Of a stretch of DNA of 64,000 bases, positions 56,811 through 64,000 are shown piece after piece. The notes beneath the pieces are model-generated. The model was not told the origin of the DNA and did no database searches. It was given only the letters and a program-made list of their open reading frames with translations. Numbering within the stretch: the stretch's first letter is position 1; every line of letters starts with the position of its first letter. The position numbers were made by a program, and so were the translations under genes. Source of the stretch: Blastocladiella emersonii ATCC 22665 (Eukaryota > Fungi > Blastocladiomycota); NCBI GenBank assembly GCA_025594325.1, contig JANHCV010000002.1, forward strand, positions 1,240,001-1,304,000. Reading direction: 5' to 3'.

Positions 56811-58208
56811 TTATCGCAACAACGAGTCCTGGAAGCGTTTCTGGCAGTACGCGGTCCACCACGCCGCGGTTTCTGGGTTCCCCGCCGTGTCAATCACGCC
56901 CGCCGCTGGCCTAATTGGCGTCTGGATCGGCTGTTCAGTGCGGCGGTCTTGCGTGGGCAGGTGGGCTCCTGGCCCATTGAGATGCCACTCGAGCAAGTCG
57001 ATCCGGCCACCTTTACTTGCGTACAGGAGGCAATCGTGCGTGCGAAGTAGCGGAAGCCCACTCGCCTTCCACAACTTGAGCACGGCGACGGACGGCGCGC
57101 GGTCAACGGCGAGCGACGAGTAGCGGATTAAGTCGGCGGGCGGCATGGCATACTCTGCGGCGCGAGCGAGCCACCAATCAAGTACGGGAAAGTCGCCGCG
57201 GATCGACGCTTGGTCCACGCTTCGTGCCCGGTACGGAAGCAGCGGGAACGCTTGCGCCGGGGTCAGCAAAGGTTCGTATTGGTGCGCTACAACTGCAGGC
57301 GCGTGGTTCCACCACCAACCCAAGACCTCGACTTGACCCGCTTCACCGATGGCAACACCCGCAGCCAACTTGGGGATCGGCCACTGGGTCGTGTGCACCC
57401 ACCAGTCGAGCAAGTCGGTGCGGCCCGCTTTTGTCAAGTTTTTAATGGACGAGTGAGACGCAAGCTTGAGCGTTCCCGTGCTGACGTGCTTGCGCCACCA
57501 CTCGAGGACGTGGAGGTGACCGTTTTTTGCAGCCAAGTCGACCGCAGCTGAAGAGTACTGGAACTCGAGTCCGCGGGATTGAGTGAACGAGAGCCACCAG
57601 TCAAGCACGCGAGCGTGGCCGTGTCGCGAGGCGCGGTCTGCCGGAGCGTTGGTGTGCGGTAGGTCCGGGAAGCTGGCCGGGTCCTCGACGTGGCGGGCGA
57701 CCCACCAGTCCAGGACCGCAAGAGTTGCGTCCTCGGCAGTTTGCACGAGCGAGCCCGGACGAGATTCCGACAGGAGCGAGTCTGCTGCAAAGTCGAGTGC
57801 GTGACGCGTGTACTGGATCGGGATCCCGAGCCGGCGGTGCGCGTCCACCCAAAAGTTCAGCACGTCGGGGTTCCCGCTTCGGCTCGCACACTCGAAGATG
57901 CGCGATGTCCTGGTCCAGCTGAGAATGCTGGCCCGCAAGACGGCGTCGAGGCTCGCCCACATGTTCAGGACGTCAAGCCGACCCGACCGCGTTGCGGCCT
58001 CGAGATCCGCGTGCGGAAAGGCCGAGAAAGCAGCACGATGTGCGAGGACGAGACCGGGCGCGACACCAAGGTAGGGTCGCAAGTAAGAAGCGTGGTCGTC
58101 CTCGGTGTCGTCGTCACGCTCTTCGCGGATGCACTGCGCCAGGGTAGCGTCGATGAGCTCGAGCGGCAAGTGTGGTGCCGCCCTCGGTGGCAGTTCATTC
58201 GTTTCCAT
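56811..58208 (-). CDS. ankyrin-repeat protein (VLDWW-type repeats) with N-terminal F-box-like start
   Basis: HLPLELIDATL start. Repeats ASRSGNPDVLNFW, ASRHGHARVLDWW, AAKNGHLHVLEWW, ASIRGDFPVLDWW. True ATG is METNEL at 58208. Confidence 0.85.
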   Translation of the reverse strand: METNELPPRAAPHLPLELIDATLAQCIREERDDDTEDDHASYLRPYLGVAPGLVLAHRAAFSAFPHADLEAATRSGRLDVLNMWASLDAVLRASILSWTRTSRIFECASRSGNPDVLNFWVDAHRRLGIPIQYTRHALDFAADSLLSESRPGSLVQTAEDATLAVLDWWVARHVEDPASFPDLPHTNAPADRASRHGHARVLDWWLSFTQSRGLEFQYSSAAVDLAAKNGHLHVLEWWRKHVSTGTLKLASHSSIKNLTKAGRTDLLDWWVHTTQWPIPKLAAGVAIGEAGQVEVLGWWWNHAPAVVAHQYEPLLTPAQAFPLLPYRARSVDQASIRGDFPVLDWWLARAAEYAMPPADLIRYSSLAVDRAPSVAVLKLWKASGLPLLRTHDCLLYASKGGRIDLLEWHLNGPGAHLPTQDRRTEQPIQTPIRPAAGVIDTAGNPETAAWWTAYCQKRFQDSLLR

Positions 58209-58344
58209 GATCGCGAGATGAGAGAGAGCGAGGACCGGCTGTGAGCGTGTTGCGCCGTCTTGACTGCCGCGGTCGCTCACCCTTGCTCGGGCTCCCCACT
58301 CGGACAACCCATGGAACTCGCGCACGAGCGCACGACTTGCTGAA

Positions 58345-59199
58345 ATGTATCTGAAGCTAGACAACGCGACCAAGGCGCCGCTCTTTGCGAACGTGTCGTT
58401 TGAGCTCGACGCCTCGCTGACGCCGGCCGTGGTCGCCGTGATGGGGCCGAGCGGGACAGGGTACGGCTCTGCGGGACCCGGCTGCTCATGCGCGCCGTGA
58501 CTGACATGAGGGACCGTTAGCAAATCAACGCTACTACGCTGCATCGCTGGGCTCGACACGTTCGACTCGGGCGTCGTGACGCTGGACGGAAAGTACGCCA
58601 TTCACCTTCACTCTTATCCGATCCCACTCTGACGACAACCACGACGCAGATCTCCCGCCGACCTCGGCACGACGCAGTGGCGAACGCGCGCCATGTACGT
58701 GCCGCAGCGCCCGCCGCTGATGCGCTCGACGCCGGCCGAGTTCTTTGCCGAAGTGACGCGGTACGGCGCACAGGCCGCGCGGCGCGAGCGGCACCAGGAC
58801 CCAGTCGACCTCGCCGAGCAGTGGAACGTGCCCGCGGCGCTGTGGCAGAAGCCCTTCACGGAGCTGTCGGGTGGCGAGGCACAGCGGATCATGCTGGCGA
58901 TTGGCGTCGCGCTCAACCCGGACCTGCTGCTGCTCGATGGTACGCCCTCTTTGTACTCTTCGCTCCCAGCGCGACTCACCCGCCACTACGTTGTAGAGCC
59001 GACGTCGGCGCTCGACCCAGACTCGACGCTGCTGGTCGAGGAGACGCTTCGGGCGCACGGCAGCTGTCTGTGGGTGACGCACAGCGAGGAGCAGGCGGCG
59101 CGCGTCGCGACGCACATTTTGCGGCTCGACAAGGCGAGCTCAGCGCCGCCGAGTTTCGCGTCGACGTCGGGGTCGCGGCGCGGGAGCAGTCCAGAGTAG
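58345..59199 (+). CDS. stand-alone ABC ATPase (single NBD; FetA/YbbL/STAR1-like), 3 introns
   Basis: Walker A GPSGTG/KS across an intron, YVPQ Q-loop, LSGGEAQR signature, LLLLD/EPTSALD Walker B across an intron, VTH H-loop. No TM domain. Confidence 0.88.
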
Positions 59200-59235
59200 T
59201 CACCATAATCGAGATCGTGTTGCGGTACATGAGAC

Positions 59236-60093
59236 TCAAAAGTCGGCGGCAGCGAGCGCCATGAGGGTGAACTGCATGTTGCCCGGGTCGCGCTCCATGA
59301 ACTTGCGCACGACGCGAGCCACGTTCTACGCGCAAGCAAGCGAGTGTCAGTAAGTCATGAGTCCGCAGAAACGCCATGGGCAACGTACGGGAAGCAGCGC
59401 CGGGTTCTCAGCATCCACGGCGCCGTGGTCGATCGCAAACGGCTTGCGGCCGTCGAGCTCGACAATGTGGCCGTCGACGTTGACAAACGCGACAAAGTGG
59501 AGGTCCACGTCCTCGTTGGCGTCGGGCGCGGCGGTCTGGCCCTGCTGGGCGACCTGCGAGTGGATGGACGCGACCGTCTCGCCGTCCTCGAGGTACTTGG
59601 CGCGCTCGTCGGGGTTGAGCGAGCGTGTTGCCGCGAGAATATCGGCGAGCGGGGTACCGGGCGCAACAACGCGGTCGGCGTTGTTGAGCAGCGTGTGCAG
59701 CACGGCCACGGTGCCGCACGCGTTGCCGACCGTCTGGCGCATGAAGTAGGTGGACGCGGGGAGCCCCGGCTGGCCCGTGCGCGCGAGCTCGGCCTGCTCC
59801 TTACGACGGAAGCTCCCGCACTAACGCCGTGTATGCGAGCGTCGATTGCTGGAGAACGCGGAAAGAGCAGGATCACCACGATGGCGGGCGACCATGGCGA
59901 GGAGCTCATCCTGGCGCGGGAATGCGGTCAGCATCTAAGGAAGCAGCCGAGCAGCGGGCAACCAGCCCAGGCCATGTCCCGCACTCGAAGCGAGACGCGC
60001 CCAACACGCGTCGATCAATCGCGTGAGCATCACCTGACCAATTCACAACCACGAATCGGAAGCGACCACAGTCGTGTCCGTGGTGTAGGCCAT
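59236..60093 (-). pseudogene. YUH1: ubiquitin C-terminal hydrolase (UCH-L3/YUH1 family) with disrupted 5' region
   Basis: Intact catalytic part: YFMRQTVGNACGT, LHFVAFV, ELDGRK and spliced FMERDPGNMQFTLMAL. Upstream motifs WL.., VMLTRL, LG..FE, DELLAMV and VILLFP lie in different frames, and PLESNP is lost. Confidence 0.7.
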
Positions 60094-60959
60094 CCTTGAT
60101 AGCCCGTTCCCACGCGATCTTAGGCGTGGATCTCGGTACTCGCGGCGGAGAGTCCACGGACGCGCACGCGGCCCCTGGCGTGGCGGTCATGGCCCGGCCT
60201 GGTCGAGCAGCGGCGATGGACCAAGACTGGCCGCTCCGTGCTATCTAGGCCAGACCAAGGCCATGACCGGTTCACGGACAGGAACGTTGGTAGCGAGCTG
60301 AGGTTCTCGGTACCCTGGCGACCACGGCCGCGGCCATCACGGACGAGCGCTCGAGACGCACTGTGACCATCGCGTGCGAGCGTTCGGCGCGCACCGCGGC
60401 CATCGCGATCGTGAGGACGTTCCGTTCATCGTCCATGGACCTCGAGGCTGAGAGGACGGGCCGACGTGGATGGTGACGGCATCCGCTCATGCCATGGCTT
60501 CGGTGCGTGGATTGCGCGAGTGGGTCCGAGGCTTCGACGCCGTGTTCCCCACCTCCGCCACCGCCAGCCACCGCGGCCTCGTCGTCGCCTCTCCGCCAAC
60601 TTGCTCGTTCACAGTCTTGGCCGCCGAGTACTAGATCACGGCGTCGCCCCTCCCTCCCCCGCGCCGCTGCACCGACTTGTTCTGCGCCCCGCTAGCTGCT
60701 GCGGCTCTCCACCATCGTTCGCGCGTCGTACGTTGCAGCATCTTATTTTCAGACACCCGCTGCATTCAGTCGGAAACAAAGGGCCGAACCTTTCAGTGGT
60801 CGGTGTCCCTCGGCGGGCATCGCCGTGGGTCGCAGCACGGGTCGTCCCTCGCGCTCCCTCCCTCCCCTTTCTCACGGCGGACGCAGGCTGATCGGTCCCT
60901 TCTCTCCTAGGCAACTTGCACGACTCCGCCACCCACTCTCCACCTCGCGCACCCCCATC

Positions 60960-62372
60960 ATGTCCTTCAGCTTGCCCGTGATCAGCATCGGCCTGCCCAT
61001 CACGCTGGGCCCGACGCCGTCGCCGCAGCCGCCCGCCGCGAGCTCGACGGCCGCGTCGTCGTCGCGCCCGACCAACACGCCCGCGCCACCCGCCTCGTCG
61101 TCGGCCTCGAGCGCCTCCCCGGCCCCGACCTCGTCCGCCGCCCCGACGTCCTCGCAGCAGCAGCCGCAGCCGACCTCGTCGCAGCAGCAGCAGCCGTCCC
61201 CGCAGCCGACGTCCGCGTCGAGCGCACCGACGCCGCCGCCCGCCGCCGTGACATCGGCCTCGTCCGCCGCACCCTCGGTTACGGACCAGCCGCCCCCGGC
61301 CGCCGCACAGCCCACGTCCGCGAACGCCGCGTCCCCGCCGGCGTCGTCGAACGGGAGCAGCGTGCTGGTGCCGAACCCGTCGGGCGGGCGTGCCGACGCC
61401 GCGGGCGCGCTCGACGGGTCCTCGGCGAGCAGTGGCGGGATGGGCACGGGCGCGCTGATCGCGGCTATCGTGCTGCCGATCGCGGCGGTCGCGGCGATTG
61501 CGTTTCTGGTGGTGCGCACGCGGCTGCGCCGGCGCCGGTCCATGGACGCGGCCACGCCCATGTTCGTCGTGCACGGGCGCCCGACGCAGGCGCGCGCCAT
61601 GGAGGCGGGCGCCGTGACCAGTGCCCAGCAGCAGACGGTCAAGCCTTTTGTCACGGGGAACACGGTCCTGGTGCCCGTCGCGACGCCGGCGCCCGCCGCG
61701 CGGCACGCGGGGACCGGGCCCAAGTACGTCCCGCTCGCGCAGCAGCAGCAGCCCCAGCAGTTCCAGAGCCAGCCCCCGGCGATGCAGCCAATGGTGCAGC
61801 AGCCGAACCCGGTCGGCCCGATGGCGGGGTACGCGGCCATGCACGCGGTGCCCGAGGAGGACGACGAGGACGGCCAGATCCAGTTCGCCGCGTCGTCGTC
61901 GTCCGCGTACCAGGGCAACGGGAACGGGTACGCGCCGGTCATGCCGCCGCAGCAGCAGCAGTCGATGGCGGCGCCGCCGGCGTCGGGCCCGTTCGCGCCG
62001 CGCCACGTCCCACTCGGTCCCGCGGGGCAGGGGTACGCGGGCCCGACGGTGCACGGCGCCGCGCCCGTGAACGTGCCGATCCCGGACCTCCCGCCGCTCC
62101 TCGCGCAGCAGCCGATGCAGCAGCAGCAGCAGCAGACGCAGCAGCGCGCGTCCGTGATGCCCGGCGCCGTACCGATGCACCCTGCCGCCCAGCACCAGCA
62201 GCAGCAGCAGCAGCAGCCGGAGGTCCAGCAGCAGCAGGGCCCCGCGCTCGCGTACCGGTCGGGCCCGCGGTCCAACGAGCCGCAGCTGGTGATCCCGTCG
62301 CAGCCCGTGCCGCAGCAGGCGCAGGTCTACCACCAGGGCAACGGGCCCATGTCGCCCGGCTACGACGACTAG
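60960..62372 (+). CDS. single-pass membrane protein with Ser/Thr/Pro-rich ectodomain and Gln/Pro-rich tail (Mid2/Wsc/mucin-like sensor)
   Basis: S/T/P/A-rich N-terminal half, TM GALIAAIVLPIAAVAAIAFLVV followed by RTRLRRRR stop-transfer. An upstream signal-peptide exon cannot be excluded. Confidence 0.8.
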   Translation: MSFSLPVISIGLPITLGPTPSPQPPAASSTAASSSRPTNTPAPPASSSASSASPAPTSSAAPTSSQQQPQPTSSQQQQPSPQPTSASSAPTPPPAAVTSASSAAPSVTDQPPPAAAQPTSANAASPPASSNGSSVLVPNPSGGRADAAGALDGSSASSGGMGTGALIAAIVLPIAAVAAIAFLVVRTRLRRRRSMDAATPMFVVHGRPTQARAMEAGAVTSAQQQTVKPFVTGNTVLVPVATPAPAARHAGTGPKYVPLAQQQQPQQFQSQPPAMQPMVQQPNPVGPMAGYAAMHAVPEEDDEDGQIQFAASSSSAYQGNGNGYAPVMPPQQQQSMAAPPASGPFAPRHVPLGPAGQGYAGPTVHGAAPVNVPIPDLPPLLAQQPMQQQQQQTQQRASVMPGAVPMHPAAQHQQQQQQQPEVQQQQGPALAYRSGPRSNEPQLVIPSQPVPQQAQVYHQGNGPMSPGYDD

Positions 62373-62856
62373 ATGGCGACGACGAGCGCGCATAGCTGAC
62401 GCGCGCACGCCTCCCGCCTTGCCTTACTCATTGCACACACATGTTTCGCTTACTAAAAGGATCCGTAATACATTGTACACCCACTTCTTGCTCACTCATC
62501 GCTTAGCTAAAGGAGGGGGAGCGGGGATCGGGCGCGGAGGTGGAGGCGACCCGCGCTCGCGTTCTCCATCGACCGCCGCGGGTCTCCGCACTTGCCTCTC
62601 TCGCGCTCCTTACGCACTCGCATGAATTTCCTTGCCGGATATCACGCACGCGGATCTCACTGTATCCGTTGTGGGAGCGGCGACCATCGACTAGGCACGC
62701 CGGCCGCGCGCGCACGATGCGAAGTGGACGCGAACGCGACCTTCCTCGCGCGTGTTGCGCCACGCCGCGTTCTCTCGAGTCCCCACCGGATGCCGTGCCG
62801 CGCGCAGCTCACCGTATCCGTCGCGCGGAGAGCGGGTTCCGGTGCAGGGGCCAGGT

Positions 62857-62863
62857 TATAAAA
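62857..62863 (+). promoter_or_regulatory. TATA box of the 2OG-Fe(II) oxygenase gene
   Basis: TATAAAA about 70 nt upstream of ATG 62928. Confidence 0.65.
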
Positions 62864-62927
62864 GGCGCGGGCGGCCCGCCCTCCCTTCCATGGCCAGCAG
62901 CGACTAGCAACCAACGCATCGACGACC

Positions 62928-64000
62928 ATGACCATCACCGCCACCAAGCCCCCGGCCTCGGCCTCGGCACTCCTCGACGTGCCCGTGTTCGACCAGATCC
63001 CGGTGCTCGACCTGTCGCCCTTCGCGGGCGTGCCGATCGGCAGCGAGGACCCGGCGACGCTGGCGGCCATGGGCGCGTTCCTGCGCGACGCGTGCACGAC
63101 GACGGGCTTCTTCCTGGTCACCAACCACGGGCTCCCCGAGTCGCAGCTCGACGCGACGTTTGCCGCGGCGCGCCGCATGTTCGCGCGCCCGCTCGCCGAC
63201 AAGCTGGCGACCAGCAGCGGGTCGGGCCGCGGGTATCTGCCGCTCGGCGGCGAGCTGCTCAACCCGGACAAGCAGGTCGACGGCGACGTCAAGGAGGTGT
63301 ACGGGCTCGGGCCCGACGGCGTCCCCTCGCCCTTTGTCCCGCCGCCCGAGGGCACCCCCGAGGTTGTGGCCACCATGGCCAAGACGATGCACGCGCCCAA
63401 CAAGTGGATCGCCGACGACCCGGCGTTCCGCGACACGGTGACGGGGTACTACGACGCGGTGTCGCGCGTCGCCGACCGCGTGCTGCGCGTCCTCGCCGTC
63501 GCCATGGGCCAGCGCGCGTCCTTCTTCCACGACGTCGGCGGCGACTACCCGTTCGGCCACCTGCGCCTCGCGCGGTACCCGGGCGTCCCCGCGGACGCGG
63601 TCTCAGAGGCGCGCATCGGGTGCGGCGCCCACGCCGACTTCGGGTGCATCACGGTGCTCGCCGCCGACGACGAGGGCCTGCAGGTGTACCTGACGCCCGA
63701 GGCGACGCGCAAGTACCTCCCCGCCACGCACCAGGTTGACCGCGACGCACCCGTGTCGGCGCACCACACGTCGCTCGAGTACGCGCACACGCGCGGCGGC
63801 GCGTGGGTCCGTGTCCCGCACGTCAAGGGCGCGTTCGTCGTCAACATCGCCGACATGGTCGCGCGCTGGACGAACAAGCGGTTCAAGTCGACGCTGCACC
63901 GCGTCGTCTACACGGCCGACGGCAAGGACCGCATCTCGCTGCCCATGTTCTACGACGTCGGGCTCGCCACCGAGGTCACCGTCCTGCCCGAGTTCCTCCC
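62928..64000 (+). CDS. 2-oxoglutarate/Fe(II) dioxygenase (IPNS/DIOX_N family), runs off the window end
   Basis: IPVLDLSPF, GFFLVTNHG, RGY, HADFG (HxD), VVNIADM..RWTN..FKSTLHRV (distal His), RIS (RxS). Confidence 0.93.
   Translation, partial: MTITATKPPASASALLDVPVFDQIPVLDLSPFAGVPIGSEDPATLAAMGAFLRDACTTTGFFLVTNHGLPESQLDATFAAARRMFARPLADKLATSSGSGRGYLPLGGELLNPDKQVDGDVKEVYGLGPDGVPSPFVPPPEGTPEVVATMAKTMHAPNKWIADDPAFRDTVTGYYDAVSRVADRVLRVLAVAMGQRASFFHDVGGDYPFGHLRLARYPGVPADAVSEARIGCGAHADFGCITVLAADDEGLQVYLTPEATRKYLPATHQVDRDAPVSAHHTSLEYAHTRGGAWVRVPHVKGAFVVNIADMVARWTNKRFKSTLHRVVYTADGKDRISLPMFYDVGLATEVTVLPEFL

Noticed and set aside
1-64000. Hundreds of long overlapping or antisense ORFs in the six-frame track (e.g. 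11471-12778, 28951-30693, 38876-41329, 26459-28477, 60636-62408)
   Set aside because: These are shadow frames of GC3-rich genes in a high-GC genome. They are Arg/Gly/Ala-rich, carry no motifs and are fully explained by the opposite-strand gene.

Overview
GC-rich eukaryotic genomic DNA, gene-dense, with short GT-AG introns whose donors are mostly GTACG. It contains a fungal Zn2Cys6 factor, a WDR27 homologue and VLDWW-type ankyrin genes. Together these suggest a zoosporic fungus, probably Blastocladiomycota/Allomyces-like (inference). About 30 gene models are supported. Housekeeping genes: POT1, G6PD, PDX1, CK2-alpha, CCT5, a KIN1-like kinase, eIF5A, RNase H2B, WDR27, two SLC16-like MFS transporters, an S1/P1 nuclease, a stand-alone ABC ATPase, a UCH deubiquitinase with a damaged 5' end, and a 2OG-Fe(II) oxygenase that runs off the window. 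Main unexplained signals: (1) a 3 x ~1.07-kb tandem array at 22.2-25.4 kb in which a decayed ORF is followed by a ~200-nt covarying hairpin with a conserved apical core and a minus-strand G-U bias; (2) an F-box/ankyrin protein ending in a Nup153-like FxFG + Zn-finger tail; (3) a Zn-finger poly-SIM protein ending in a DAXX-like terminal SIM, whose CDS overlaps the S1/P1 CDS; (4) a four-member 7TM GPCR-like family; (5) a basic Q/A/P/K repeat protein duplicated 48 kb away together with a GPCR fragment; (6) a membrane-anchored SET domain. No rRNA, tRNA, CRISPR or recognisable transposase was found. All gene models were built by eye, and protein family calls are from motif recognition, not database searches.
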